Source of the DNA: an uncultured virus (IMG/VR IMGVR_UViG_3300030085_003517)
Lineage: Duplodnaviria; Heunggongvirae; Uroviricota; Caudoviricetes
Direction: 5' to 3' (one strand)
Virus record (IMG/VR): IMGVR_UViG_3300030085_003517
DNA length: 64,000 nt
Below are positions 10,873-23,800 of this stretch, one piece after another. The position numbers were made by a program, and so were the translations under genes. The notes under the pieces are model-generated. The model had not been told where the DNA came from. It searched no databases and saw nothing but the letters and a program-made list of their open reading frames with translations. Numbering within the stretch: position 1 is the first letter of the stretch; each line of letters begins with the position of its first letter.

Positions 10873-12404
10873 TAGAATTCGATTACGATTTTAATATCTT
10901 CGATCTGGTCGTTTGCACGACTAATTGCTCTTCTATTATCTATGTAAATAATATCACCGTCATTTGACTTAATCTCGGGTTTTGCATACCCATTATTAAA
11001 CTTCATACCCAAGTCATATTCAGTATTGTTAATAGTCCTTGAAGAAGAGTTAGGGACTGCTGGGAAGTTTACATCGGGTTGACCTGAGGCACCAGATGTT
11101 GCTCCACTAATTACGTTTGATCCATCAAATTCATTAAGTGTGCCTGTAACTTCGGGGAAAATACCATCAACATTATTTTGATAATACTTCAATACCTTAG
11201 TAGTAGCATTCCAAGAAACAACCCGACCTCTTGCAGTAACATTCTGACCACCAACAACTCTATTTTGAGTGATGATTTCGTCAGGAGTATAGTTACCTTG
11301 GAAAGAAGGTGGGAAGATAACTGCTTTAGCAGCAGATACCGTCAAGTCAGAAAGTAATTCTTCTGTGCCAAACTTCTTAGGGTTAGTAATCAAACCAATA
11401 CGACGATAGTCGTTATCAATAGGGAAGTCACCAGCACCTTCAGCATATGATGTCTTGGAGTTGATCATCACACGGAAAGCACCTAATTCGACAATAGGGT
11501 CGAAACCATGACCATTCGGAGGAGGAATGATAACGTCAACCTGACCACTGGTCCCTGTGCCAATGCCAGTAATGTTATCAACACTAATCTTACCAAAAGT
11601 ATATCCTGTGCCACCAGAAGTAACAGTAGCAGAAATAATCTTACCACCGTCTACAACGATTGATACCCTACCACCTGTGCCATCACCGTTAATTGCAACA
11701 TTGTCGTATGTGCCGTTGTTATAACCTGTGCCCGCAGATGTAATAACAACCGTATCAACTTCACCAGATACAGCATTCGTCTTGACCGCATCGTTGACGA
11801 AAACTGGCATGTAATCGTTGGAGAAAAACTTCAAAACAGAAGCAACAGGGATGGTGTAAAGATATTTCCAGCGATAACTATCAGCAGTAGTGATAATAGA
11901 AGTAGAAGTGCCAGTCGGCTCAACCGTTGACGGTTTACCGTTAGGATCTGATGGAGATGTGCCATTGTAGATACACTTGTATACTTGATACTGAGAATTC
12001 ACAACATAAAAGTCGGAATCATACAGTTTAGTAGCACCAGATGAAGCAGTTTTACTTGGAGAGTAATCGTGACGATACATATCGTATGTAAAACCCAAAC
12101 CACCAGTGGTTTGCTCTGGAGACACCCAGTCAATTCTACGAACAACCTGAATCGTATCAGATGCCAATACACGCTTTAGCGCGATCATGTCATCGTAAGA
12201 TCCAGAAAATTCTTGGAAAGAATCAACTGCCTGCGGCGGTGAATTTTCATTGTCCCATGATTGGGGACGCCCAATAAAGATGTACAAACGATCTCTCGTT
12301 GCACCTGCTACATCGTCACTTTGGGTGGCGACAGGACCTTCAAGGGCTTTGATAAATTTCTTCGCAGAAAAAATTCTAAATTGATCAGTTAGTAGGGCGG
12401 CCAT
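10872..12404 (-). CDS. gp8: Baseplate wedge subunit gp8 (510 aa)
   Basis: MAALLTDQFRI, YDMYRHDYS, VYKCIYNG, YRWKYLY and C-terminal IYIDNR...QIEDIKIVIEF. Confidence 0.9.
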   Translation of the reverse strand: MAALLTDQFRIFSAKKFIKALEGPVATQSDDVAGATRDRLYIFIGRPQSWDNENSPPQAVDSFQEFSGSYDDMIALKRVLASDTIQVVRRIDWVSPEQTTGGLGFTYDMYRHDYSPSKTASSGATKLYDSDFYVVNSQYQVYKCIYNGTSPSDPNGKPSTVEPTGTSTSIITTADSYRWKYLYTIPVASVLKFFSNDYMPVFVNDAVKTNAVSGEVDTVVITSAGTGYNNGTYDNVAINGDGTGGRVSIVVDGGKIISATVTSGGTGYTFGKISVDNITGIGTGTSGQVDVIIPPPNGHGFDPIVELGAFRVMINSKTSYAEGAGDFPIDNDYRRIGLITNPKKFGTEELLSDLTVSAAKAVIFPPSFQGNYTPDEIITQNRVVGGQNVTARGRVVSWNATTKVLKYYQNNVDGIFPEVTGTLNEFDGSNVISGATSGASGQPDVNFPAVPNSSSRTINNTEYDLGMKFNNGYAKPEIKSNDGDIIYIDNRRAISRANDQIEDIKIVIEF

Positions 12405-12432
12405 TTAAATAGGGACTAGTATTCCTCTTGTC

Positions 12433-12439
12433 TATTTAT
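12433..12439 (-). promoter_or_regulatory. T4-type late promoter (ATAAATA) upstream of gp8
   Basis: tatttat in a short intergenic gap, GAGGA-like RBS downstream. Confidence 0.65.
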
Positions 12440-12444
12440 TAAGG

Positions 12445-15400
12445 TTACTCAGACCTTAATTGTAAATCAAATTCGACACGTTTGATTCGATATCTGGCAC
12501 CATTGTTTCCGATGAGCATCTCACCACCCAGAATAGCTTGCAATACTGCACCAGTGCCTGTGGTATCGCTAGGGTCATTGTTGATCGTGATTGTCGGTCT
12601 TGTGTTATAGAATCCATCAACATATTGAGAATATCCATAACCACCATTATTGACAGTCACAGAAGAGATTTGGTCACCTGCAGTTGTCATGACAGCAGTT
12701 GCTGTTGCTTGAATATCGCCTGCATTTTCAATAGCAATTGTTGGGGTGAGTGAATAATCATTACCAGGATTCTGGACAATAAAATCAATAATGGTGCCCG
12801 TATCAGAGAATTTATATAAGATACCATTGATACCAACATTAAGATTCCCTGTGTTGAAAGGCACAACATTTCTCACGGTAAGAATACCATCCTGATTATT
12901 CCAACTGGTAACAGTTGCTCTAACTCCAGAAACTTCACCAGTAACTAATTCCTCAGGGAAATAGTTTTGACCGTTATTATCATTACGGTCAATGTATATA
13001 TTCATGGTAGCAGTATGGGGCACACCCTCACTCAAACCACCTGCTTCCAGAATAGTTGCATACTTGAATGGGATAGATGCATCTTTAACCTGATCACCAA
13101 CTTGGAATAAGGTTGTGTTTTGTCCACCAATGGTTTCCTCAATACCATATAGAGAACTGAAGATACCACCATCAAGAGCAATTTGATTCACATAGTCTGT
13201 GCCTGTGTTATCGAGATCAGGAATACCATCACCAATAAATGTGCCAGGATTTGCAGGGTCTTCTACATTGTCATCATTAAATCTTCTATCAGTCAATAAT
13301 CCAATAGGTTCTGTCAGCAGGACGATACTGCTACCAAGCTCTTCTTCCAGGACGTGTGGATTGAAACCAGAAGGTGCAGATGCTGCAACACCAGCGTCAA
13401 ATTGGACGATAGCATCTTCGGTAGAAGGAATGCCACCATCGATGAATGCTAATTCATCAACTTCAAAGGTAACCAGCAATTCTCTGGTTGATGGATTCCA
13501 ATCATATACTTTAGCAATCTTATTATTTTGATTTTCAATTCTACGAATTACTCTATCACCAACATTATAATCATATGTGGAATTGCCATCACTATCATTC
13601 TGAGTTGTATCCAGAATGACCCGTTGATCATATTTGAAATTTTTACCTCTAGTTACATTCTGGAATTTTTCTCTTGATTTGGATGTATATGAAACAATTT
13701 CATTTCCGATAATCAAGCTACCAGATCCAGGGAATGCATCAGTGCTATCGACAAAAATATCAGTAGAAGAAGAATCTAGATCTGTTAAAAGACCAGTAAT
13801 ATAATTTTCTACCGAGTTGTTTGCCTGTCTAGCTCTAATTTTTCTCTTGAGATTGACAAGTTTGGTAAAGATAACATTAGGTGGATTGGTATAGTCATTA
13901 CCAGGATCAGTAACTGTAATGCCTGTAATGACACCCTGATCAACTGTAGCAACTGCCTTAGCGCCGATTCCACCACCGCCAGTAATTAAAATGTAGGGTG
14001 CTTCTTGATAGAATTCGCCAGGATCGTTAATAGAGATGCTAGTAACTTTACCTGCCGTATTGATCTGCGCTCTACCTCTTGCACCTTGTCCACCACCACC
14101 TTCAAAAATAAGTGTTGGAGGTGTAGCAAAACTTCTACCTTCTTGGAGCAGAGACAAACTAGTTACAGTTTGGACAACTGGGGACGCTGTAGCGCCAGAT
14201 CCTTCTCCACCGAGAATTCTTGCCTGTGCTGGTCCAAAGTATCCATCACCGTTACGAGTCATTTTTACATAACCCACAGTGCCATTATTATTCAAAACAA
14301 TTTCGCCTTTAGCACCAGATGGGAAACTACTTGCCAAAGCAGGCACTTCACTTCCAGGATACTGTGGCGTGCTATAAAATTCTGGTCCAATTACATATGG
14401 ATATACTGGATTGTCACTAGAATCAGTCGTCATGAAGTATGCATATGTGCCATTAGGATAATCTGGCGTTACTGCAAACTTTCCATTATGCTTATCAAGA
14501 TCTCCAAGACCTTCTTCATAGATGTAATCCTGAATCAGATCTCCCATCAAATATCCATCTTGGACACATCTAAATCCAACACCAACAATAGGATATCCAA
14601 AGACGTATAAAAGTCTAGGGGAGTTTGCTCTAGGAGTAAATCTAACTTCTCTAGTTGTAGAGCCGTTAAACAGCGCAAGATAATTGTCGTAAGTTACTGG
14701 AGATCCATCCAGAATATACTCTACACCATCAGAATACACATAATTTGTATTACCAATATCTACTGATTGACCTGTAGAATGCCAACCATCTTCTGCAGTT
14801 GAAAGAAGGAATGGAAGATTTAAGTTTGATGCATCATCTAAATTGAATACATAAGTCTTGCCACGATCCAAATTCAAAAATGCTGGTGCAGCACCGTCGA
14901 TCAAATATTGATTATTGTTAGTTGTAACCGTATAGTTTACAGTGCCAGCAGTTGTTACTATGGGTCTAGCACCATCAATCTCAGATCCAACCTTAAATCT
15001 ATAAGAGGAAGACATTCTGACAGCATTGCCAGAAGCATCATATCCATAAGGACCATAAATCGGATATCCATCAAATGACAATCCTAAGATTCTGGAGTGA
15101 CCCGTTACATGACGAGAATAATCATTTGTTAATCCATCAGTATAGAAATCTGAGATGTAGTAGTTATTAGGTCTTTCTTCATCTTCAATCTCAGGACTGA
15201 GGACCATATATCCCTCATCACCTGCTGCACCTGACATGTAGCGATGGAATTTACAATAGTAATAAATTCTATTTGTCTCATCTTCATTCATAATGAATGT
15301 ACTACGAAACTCATTTTCGTAGTCTGCAGAGGGCGCTGCAGACGCTCCAGTGCTGTTGTAATACAGTGTGCCTGGTGATTGATTCAAAGGACCATCAGGG

Positions 15401-16638
15401 GTGGTGCTAAACTGCATTGGGTGACCACCAAGATGGATATCATTCGGTAGATTAGATGTATCCGATTGATTCCAAATAATCAAATAATTTCTTTGAACCT
15501 GAATATTTTCAGGTGCCAAATAGTATTGACCTGGCACGAAGTCACCAAACTCATGTGCTTCATCACCAAAATCAATATAGAAAATACCATTCGGGAATGT
15601 AACTGGATCTGCATTTACTTGCATAGTAAATCCAGTAGATCCAAGGAGATTGTCTCCATTTTCAAATGTGCCTTGGACTAATCTAAGGTAAATTCTACTG
15701 GGATTTCCATTTGAATCATTTACAATTTTTGCAATTTCGCCTCTCGCAAAAGTGCCATCAACTAAACTACCACCAACCTTTTCTACAACTCTACCAACTT
15801 CAACTTCACCCAATTGCTCAACAACGTTGAAAACTGAGAGCATTATATTATCTAACTCAGTTTTCACATTCCATACGAATTCCTCTTTATTTCCATTTTC
15901 AAATACACCATTTGTTTCTGCAAAATGGTTGATTAATTTATTGGAAGTGTAGTAATACTGATTGCCATCAACGATACCATCAAAAGCGTCTGCATTTTTT
16001 AAGTAATCATATCTAACAGAGTCTACGTTAAAACCTACTGGAGTGTCATCTGCAATCGCCCAATCGGGAGTATGTAACAGGACACCATTGGACATAATGC
16101 CCAGTGCTTTATTTCTTTCTATTGGTCTTTCATCAAACCGAGGCACATCTTTGCCGCCTCTATAAACAAATGTTTGATTGAATGTTTGGTCATCCAAAGG
16201 ACCGCCACCAGGCTCTCTTTCTGTGCCAAAATCTGCTGGTTTTGGATGATTGTCAGAAACTACAGTATACCTATCAGTGTCGGTTGCAAAGGTGCCTGTG
16301 GTTTGTGAATTTGGATCTGACTGCCAAATTCTACTAATATCAAAAGAAGACACAACATCAGGTGTGTCTTGCTCAGGAATGATAGCAAGTCTTAAAGGAT
16401 CATAACCCCTTCCAGAATTTAAAACTCTAACATGAGTAATTCTTCCAGATACATCATCAATAATTGGATATAGCAATGCTTCCTCAACTGGAGTGCCACA
16501 TCCATTGATAGTTAGTCTCGGTGGGTCTGAAGAAGTATATTCAGATCCGCCTTCTATTACTTTTACTGCTCTTACGCCAAAAACGTCATTGAAAATTGGC
16601 TCAATGACAGCTCCAGATCCAGGGATAGTCCTTGCCAT
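12445..16638 (-). CDS. Virion structural protein with YHYH-like domain, cupredoxin-like motif and Gly-rich repeats (1397 aa)
   Basis: HSRILGLSFDGYPIYGPYGY and DLDKHNGKFAVTPDYPNGTYAYF (YHYH-type); GHP...YYYCKFHRYM; GxGYxxxP repeats. Confidence 0.8.
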   Translation of the reverse strand: MARTIPGSGAVIEPIFNDVFGVRAVKVIEGGSEYTSSDPPRLTINGCGTPVEEALLYPIIDDVSGRITHVRVLNSGRGYDPLRLAIIPEQDTPDVVSSFDISRIWQSDPNSQTTGTFATDTDRYTVVSDNHPKPADFGTEREPGGGPLDDQTFNQTFVYRGGKDVPRFDERPIERNKALGIMSNGVLLHTPDWAIADDTPVGFNVDSVRYDYLKNADAFDGIVDGNQYYYTSNKLINHFAETNGVFENGNKEEFVWNVKTELDNIMLSVFNVVEQLGEVEVGRVVEKVGGSLVDGTFARGEIAKIVNDSNGNPSRIYLRLVQGTFENGDNLLGSTGFTMQVNADPVTFPNGIFYIDFGDEAHEFGDFVPGQYYLAPENIQVQRNYLIIWNQSDTSNLPNDIHLGGHPMQFSTTPDGPLNQSPGTLYYNSTGASAAPSADYENEFRSTFIMNEDETNRIYYYCKFHRYMSGAAGDEGYMVLSPEIEDEERPNNYYISDFYTDGLTNDYSRHVTGHSRILGLSFDGYPIYGPYGYDASGNAVRMSSSYRFKVGSEIDGARPIVTTAGTVNYTVTTNNNQYLIDGAAPAFLNLDRGKTYVFNLDDASNLNLPFLLSTAEDGWHSTGQSVDIGNTNYVYSDGVEYILDGSPVTYDNYLALFNGSTTREVRFTPRANSPRLLYVFGYPIVGVGFRCVQDGYLMGDLIQDYIYEEGLGDLDKHNGKFAVTPDYPNGTYAYFMTTDSSDNPVYPYVIGPEFYSTPQYPGSEVPALASSFPSGAKGEIVLNNNGTVGYVKMTRNGDGYFGPAQARILGGEGSGATASPVVQTVTSLSLLQEGRSFATPPTLIFEGGGGQGARGRAQINTAGKVTSISINDPGEFYQEAPYILITGGGGIGAKAVATVDQGVITGITVTDPGNDYTNPPNVIFTKLVNLKRKIRARQANNSVENYITGLLTDLDSSSTDIFVDSTDAFPGSGSLIIGNEIVSYTSKSREKFQNVTRGKNFKYDQRVILDTTQNDSDGNSTYDYNVGDRVIRRIENQNNKIAKVYDWNPSTRELLVTFEVDELAFIDGGIPSTEDAIVQFDAGVAASAPSGFNPHVLEEELGSSIVLLTEPIGLLTDRRFNDDNVEDPANPGTFIGDGIPDLDNTGTDYVNQIALDGGIFSSLYGIEETIGGQNTTLFQVGDQVKDASIPFKYATILEAGGLSEGVPHTATMNIYIDRNDNNGQNYFPEELVTGEVSGVRATVTSWNNQDGILTVRNVVPFNTGNLNVGINGILYKFSDTGTIIDFIVQNPGNDYSLTPTIAIENAGDIQATATAVMTTAGDQISSVTVNNGGYGYSQYVDGFYNTRPTITINNDPSDTTGTGAVLQAILGGEMLIGNNGARYRIKRVEFDLQLRSE

Positions 16639-16644
16639 TTTTTA

Positions 16645-17865
16645 TTAACTTACGACTGTGATGGTGCCATTCATAAGAGAATGAAGTGTGCATTGATAAT
16701 ATAAAGTGCTAGGTGCATCCATGGGGACAGTCCAATAAAGCACACTAGATCCACTACCAGTTTGACCGTCCGTATATGGAGTGCCAGAAAGACCGCTACT
16801 AGATTGGATTCTAAAGGGGTGTCCACCACCTTGCACACTATTGTCAAAAGCATATGTCATACCACGCATGACATATAACGTGGGATCCATAGCAGTGCCA
16901 GTAAATCCAGGACCAGCAAAGGTATATGATTGAATACCGTCAGCATTCAATTCCCACCAAGTAATTGGACTGCGAGTTACAACCCAATCAGATCCATTCC
17001 AATAAAGAGAGTCTCCTTGAGTAATACCAGCAACATCAGTATCTGTCAGAGCAGCAAGAGTTGTGGTAAGCGTGCCATTAAATGCAACCGTTACAGTATC
17101 ACCAGTAATGGAAGTGGTGATATTAGATCCACCTGCAATAGTAAGTGCATCAGACTCACTAGATGCTGTTGTTGTGCCAGTATCAGCATTTACTGTAGCA
17201 AAACTAGTGATACTAGATACACCAGCATTATCATCACCTGGCACCCAATTAGTGCCATCCCACTTCAAAACTTGATTGTTTGTGGGAGGAGTCGTTGAAA
17301 CATCAATGTCTGCAAGATCACCAACAGTTGTATATTGAGTCAACAATTCAACTCTAGTATCACCAACACCACCCGTGGTGATATTCATATTCACATATGG
17401 TTTATCATCACCATCAACCGTAAAGAAATATCCAGGATAGGTAGCAGCAGCAGGAGCAGCTGCTAAAGAGGAATACTCGTTTTTATATGAAATTTTCGTA
17501 GGAAAATCAACGTTACCCGTGGCACCATCAAATATACTTGTTACACTACCAGCAGACAACCGAATATCACCAGTGCCATTAGGAGCAACGGTGACATTCT
17601 GATTTGAAGATGAAATGATAGAGTTGCCATTTACATCTAACGCTGCTGTCAGCGCAGTAAGATCTGCTGACACAAAACTAGTGCCATTATATTTCAACAC
17701 CTGTCCAGATCCAGCGTTAGCAACGTTAATCTGGAGGTTGGCACCGTTGCCTATTGCTGAATATAGCTCAGTAAAGTTGTCATTGATCTTAGTGCCGCCA
17801 GCGCGGAGGGTGTCCCCCGTGTTGTCGTTGGCGGCAGAGCCAAGATTAAGTGATTGTTTGGTCAT
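16645..17865 (-). CDS. Baseplate/fibre-like virion protein with gp9/gp10-type N-terminus and C-terminal cupredoxin-like domain (406 aa)
   Basis: MTKQSLNLGSAANDNTGDTLRAGGTKINDNFTELY; GQVLKW/YxGT repeats; GHPFRI...LYYQCTLHSLMNG. Confidence 0.8.
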   Translation of the reverse strand: MTKQSLNLGSAANDNTGDTLRAGGTKINDNFTELYSAIGNGANLQINVANAGSGQVLKYNGTSFVSADLTALTAALDVNGNSIISSSNQNVTVAPNGTGDIRLSAGSVTSIFDGATGNVDFPTKISYKNEYSSLAAAPAAATYPGYFFTVDGDDKPYVNMNITTGGVGDTRVELLTQYTTVGDLADIDVSTTPPTNNQVLKWDGTNWVPGDDNAGVSSITSFATVNADTGTTTASSESDALTIAGGSNITTSITGDTVTVAFNGTLTTTLAALTDTDVAGITQGDSLYWNGSDWVVTRSPITWWELNADGIQSYTFAGPGFTGTAMDPTLYVMRGMTYAFDNSVQGGGHPFRIQSSSGLSGTPYTDGQTGSGSSVLYWTVPMDAPSTLYYQCTLHSLMNGTITVVS

Positions 17866-17885
17866 TTCTCGCCACGATTTTTAGT

Positions 17886-17893
17886 TATTTATA
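17886..17893 (-). promoter_or_regulatory. T4-type late promoter TATAAATA
   Basis: Exact T4 consensus overlapping the gp7 stop, 20 nt upstream of the ATG at 17865. Confidence 0.75.
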
Positions 17894-20800
17894 GGATCTC
17901 TGGATCGATAATCTCTTCACCATAATCTGCAAGATTTGGTGCTACCCAATCGTCGGGGACTGTAGTTTCAACTGCGATAGATGGATTTTGATATCCACTA
18001 CCAGGATTAGAAATAACCACACCCGAAACTCCAACCAGAGCGCGGATTTGTGCATCGAAACCAGAGATGGAGTCGATTCTTACATTGGGTCTAGATGTGT
18101 ATCCAGATCCACCTGCGGTAACACTGACACTCTCAACTCTACCCGAAGTTAGATTTGCAGTTGCGTTAGCACCTTTACCAAAGATTGATCCGAGATAATC
18201 GAATGTAATCAGTGAGTTAGAAGATTCAATAACTGCAACCTCACGATCGTCAGTTTCACCCTGAATGTCAATGAAGTCACCAGGCTCAATCGGCGGGACA
18301 ATATCTGCTGCCTCAACGTCCTGATCAGATCCGATGTAGGAGAATGCTACGAAAGTAGATCCGACACGAGGAATCTCAGAGAAGATGATTCTAGAGCCAA
18401 CAATCTCAAAACCAACTCCAGGTTCTTGAATAACACCATTCAGCGAAATGATGATGTTATTTTCTGGTCTAATGGTGCTGGATACAACACCGTCAGTCAG
18501 AGTCAGGGAGTAGAATGTGCCATCACGTTTCAGGTTGAAAGACTGTCTCAACGAGTCGAAGTCGAAAGAAATATCATCCAACTGTCTGAGTTTACCAACA
18601 TAGAATCCTGTGAAGGAAGATCCAAGCTCAGGTGCTTCACTGAATTGAATTTGATCGGAGAATGCTGTGTATGCATTCGTTGCACCAGGAGGTTGCAGGA
18701 TACCATTGACGAAGATGAGCATATGTCCTGCGGGATCGGGGAAGTATGGATCACCATTGTTGTTGGTAAGTTTGAATGAAGTCTGGACGCCATCAAATCC
18801 TCTGAAGAATCTTCTCACGCGAGCGCGTAATATTTCTCTTTCAACAACTGCTGCACGATAGTTATCAACCGAGATAATCGTATCTCTGTTACTGAAGGTG
18901 CCGATGACATCTGTGAGATACAATCTCTTATTGACGCCAGCAACTTGAATGTCTTGGACCAGACCTGCGGCGGCACCTGCGACAATAATCTTAGTGCTGA
19001 CAGTTGCAAATCCAAGAGGCACGTCACCGACACCATAGTCACCAACAAAGTCTCCGTTAGCAATATCACCCGCGACGATCGAAACATAGATGTAGTTATT
19101 ATCAAGATCGACTTCAGTAATGATGCCGTAATTAGAGTTGTCTCTCAAGACACCAGAGATAACTTTGTAGACATAGTTACCAACGACAAAGGTGTTTTGA
19201 TTGTTGACAATGTTGATTCCGAGTCTAACGTGACCAGCGGATGCAACTCTATCTCCAACCTTAACATCAAATCCAGCGAATTTAGCAACTTCCAGATATT
19301 CAGAAGAACTCTCAGGGTAGACAACCGAAGTAGTCTCAAATTCACCAACCAAAGACGCAGTGTCAAGAGTCAGTTTACCGCCAGTATTTGTCAGGACTGC
19401 ACCTTCTGCGAGGTGTAATTCTTCAACATCTGCGGTAGCACCAGAAGTATAACCCTTAAACTCGATACTTTGATCGAAGGTGCCTCTACGATTAGTTACC
19501 TGAATACGATCCTCAATTGCACCAATTTCACCAGTCTGACCACTCTCGCCCGTGAGGACATTTAGAGCAGCAAAACTGCCGTTTGTAACGAAAACATCAA
19601 AATACTTGTTGTTTTCATCTTCATATTTGGCGTAGACAGTGCAGGTATTTACACCGCTGCTGAGATCTTCACCGACTGCAAAATCTTCAGGATCTCCAAC
19701 AATATCACCACTAATTCTAAATCTCTGGTAGATCTTAACAACCTTTGCCTCATTCTGACGGATGAATTCAATTTCTGCGTATGCATCACTGGAAAGACCG
19801 TAGATATTATCTGCAGGTCCAACATCTCCACCCAGTGCGACTGGGATATTGCGCGTGCCATAAGTCTTGCCAGGGACCACCACACCACTGCGGTTATCAA
19901 TCGTAGTAATGAATGTATCGTTGAGCAACTGGTTTCTAATGATAGAGAAGTTGCGACGAATAACACTCATCCAAGATGACGTGACATATGTGCTCGCGAG
20001 TCCGCCATTCACATATGGAATGAAACTTGCAAGAGGTGAAGGATCAACCAATGTCTGATTGAGTGCTTGCTCATAGAATTCTTCGAGACTATCAAGAATA
20101 TAATTCTTAATGTTGAAGTCATTATCAGCAAAGAATGTAACACCCGATTGAGATACATACGGATCAAGACCACCCTTGACAAGTTTTGCACCCCAGACAT
20201 AAATGCCGTTGCTGTTATCACCCGCGTAAGAGATCAAACCATCGTTATTCTTGATAAAGATTTGGTTTCTGATTACGCCAATACCGAAGGAGAATGTCAG
20301 CGTAATGAATGCTCTATACCAACCATCACCCAGAGGGACAGATCCGTATGCTTCCACAGTTGCACCTGCATCAGCAAAGATACTGCCGAAAGATCCATCA
20401 GAAAGATTCAAGTCAAATACAACATCCTTAGAAGTTGCACCAGGATCAAGAATCATTGCAAAACGAATCTTGTCGAAGGGAGCAGCGCCAGGTTTTGCCT
20501 TCATAACTGCGGAGAAGGTAAACGTCTGACTCTCAAATCTAGATCCAGTGTCAAACGTTTCTGTGCCGCTATCAAATCTAGCACCCTCTCCGTCAAAGGT
20601 TGTAAACGAAGTCAGATTATAGTCTCTGTAGATCAAATGCTGACCAACGGTGGTATTAGGTGCTGCGAGATCTGCGTTAAATTCGCCATCAGGAGCAGTA
20701 ACAACATCGTCAGTAAATGCACCCTGAGTAAAGGTCCAATTTGAGCTGTATTGCTCAGGATTGGTAAAGAGGTTAGTGTTAGCAACCTCACCCGACACTG

Positions 20801-23800
20801 TAGACTGGACTGTGCGAGCATACTTAAGAGTTTCTACATTAGAAATTGTGGGATAGTAATTGTAAGTTGCACCTACGCCACTAGCAGCAATCGTACCCGA
20901 TGCAGCGCCATTAGTTAAAGTTTGACCGTCAGCAAACGCTGTGCCAACAACAGTGCCAACAATTAACATATCCATTTTAGGATACCACTCAAGAATGGTT
21001 GCCTCGCCACCACCCGACGACGTGACAGTGCCACCAATAGTAAACTCATCACTTACACCCGTAAGCGTAATATTTCTTGCGGTAATATAATTGCTAGCAT
21101 CTGTGGTAACCATGTCATGGATAGTATTATCCAACATGTCTGCCAGGAATGAGTCATAAGTCCAAGATCCAGATCCCCACTGACTGGTAACTCTATTTTG
21201 GATCTCGTCGCGATAGTAATTCTCATTGAAGAGCAACATTCTGCCAGATCCTCTAGAAGCAGTGCCTCCAGGAGTCAGCGTGTCGATGATGAGATCCATC
21301 AGAGAATCAAATGCTCTGATGACATCTGCACACTCATTATCAGTGTAAGTAGAGTCTCCTGTAGAATCGGTAATAGTGTCGTCGGTATAAGGAATTTCAA
21401 ACGTATAGACTGCTCTATACTGGTCACCAGTAGGACCGCCACCACGATCGAGAAGCAGATTTCTAATTGCCTTTCTACCGAGGAATCTTACTTGCTGGAA
21501 AGCATAGATGGTAGGCAGAATCTCATCTTCCACCTGAGTAATACCACCAGCAGCACTCAGATACAACTCAATTGCTTTAACAGTATTGCTGTTACCGCCT
21601 GTGAGTAGATCGCTAATTACGCTATCAAGAATATCTTTGATGTCGTCCTTGCAGTTTTCTCTACCCGTAGCATTACCAGAAGGATATGTAAATGCACGAT
21701 AGGATGATGGTCCGAGATTATATGTAAAGTCTGCATCCAAAACAAGAGTTGCTTCATCAGAAATAAACTCTTTATTGAAGTGGAGAAGATCACCAGCGTC
21801 TCTGAATCTGTCACCTGTAGGTGCGAGCATGTTATTTGCAAGATCGATAAGAGTATCGATTGCAGAGGTAACGTTAGCGCAACCACCAGGATCATTTGTA
21901 ATACCCCAGTCACCAACGATAACGGAATCAGTGTTGTCGGAAGTAAGATCACCAGTAACTGCCTGCTTTGCGTAGAATGCAAGGCGGNNNNNNNNNNGGT
22001 TGTGTGCGTAAGTAGACTGCAGAAGTTGCAGTCTTACATGTAAAATTTCATCATTCTGTCCGAGATAGAAACTTACACCTTGGACAGTATTGAAGTTTCC
22101 TCCATTTTCGAGGTCTGTAGCAATACCATCCAGGATAATTCCAAGGTCAGTTTTACATCTCAATGTGCCTGCGCCAGATCCATCACCATTTCTAGGCATC
22201 GAGAGTGCCAACTCAGGATATCTATCAATCATGTCTACAGCAGTCTTATCTACAATAGCAGATCTGTTGAGACGAATAAGACTTGCAGCATCCTTGAATC
22301 TGTATCTATCATCACCATCAATCTGGTTTGCATAGATAACTTCATCAGGATTGAAGACATCGGTGAGAGGTATTTCAATCTCATAGAGAGCATCAACAAA
22401 TGCACCCTTCCACTCATATGCAGGAATGACTTTGGTTACAGATGCAAGGTGATCTACAGGAGAAGCAGCGTTTGCATTTGTGAGGGTATCAGTCAGAATA
22501 TCAACTAAGTTGTCGATAGTTGTCTTAACATCTGCACAATCCGCAGAGGTATAATCAAGCACGTCAACTGCGCCTGTGGTAGCAGAGACAAATGTGTGCG
22601 TATATTGATCATCCTGCGAAGAAGGTCCAACATTAACAGTGAATGTATTTGTTGTAGTTGCAGTGACTGGTAAGACTCTATTGGCAGCAGGGTCAGTGGC
22701 ACGAGGATATGCAGTCTGCAGAAGATTGTCATCAGCAGTGCAAGTGAATGTGAATGACTCAGTATCAAGACTTACTCTGGATGCTGTGGTCAGAGGATGA
22801 CCAGCAACGGTAATCTCCATATCACCTGTAGCAGGATCATATGTAGCACCAGTAGGAGTAAGTTGCGTCAGACTGCCATAATTGTTGGAGTCATAGATGG
22901 TAGTATCAGTAAACTGTGTCTCACCATGAGGACCAGCGATAGTAATCAACTCATTGTTAATAACTTTCTTCGCTAACTCAGCATACTTCTCATAAGTCCA
23001 GAGGGTCTGATCAATTTCAGTTTCAACGTGATTGAGAATAACGGGAATAGCAGTCCGATCAACATACAGTGCAGAGGTATCCCAAGTGTAACTATTACTT
23101 CCGTTACGGAGATCTCTCAGGATGCTTGCGTTTACATCACGGACATCATCTTCACAGTTAATCTTTTCATCACCAATAACGCCGTTAGTGACAGCAGATA
23201 CAAAGGTGTGGGCATAAGCACCACCAGTAATAACTGCATCAGAATCAGCACTCACGAATGTGTGAGCATATTGCTGACCAGCAGGAGATATACCAACGTT
23301 AACCGTAACGGTGCCAGTTTGCTTGATTAAAGCACCAGCAGTTGCAGAAACAAATGTGTGGGTATATTGAGATGCTGGCGGAGACATGCCAACGTTAATA
23401 GTAAAGGTATCTGCATCAACAACAGACAAGACCTCTACCCACTTACCAGAAATTGGATCAGTTGCACGAGGATAGGTATGCTGAGTAGCATTAGAATCCA
23501 TTGTGCAGGTGAATGTCAATGAATCGGTAGCAATCTGGATCATGTTACCAGCAGAAAGACCGTGACCAGTTGACTTGACAGTCAAAACACCAGTGCTTGC
23601 AACGTAAGTCGTGCCCGTCGTGATGTTTGCTGTGGTTGTGCCAACTGCACTGATATTCAGAGTGGTATTGTATGAAGGATCGGTGGATCTGGGATATTCA
23701 TGATTACTACCATTGCCATCCTGAGCACAAGTGAATGTAAATCCACCATTCTTGAGGCGAAGTTTAGTGCCAACATTAAGTGTGTGATTGGCAATAGTCA

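Noticed and set aside
21988..21997. N gap inside gp7 as a possible intron or insertion
   Set aside because: The flanks read HN/RL continuously and share CC, suggesting a near-zero-length gap
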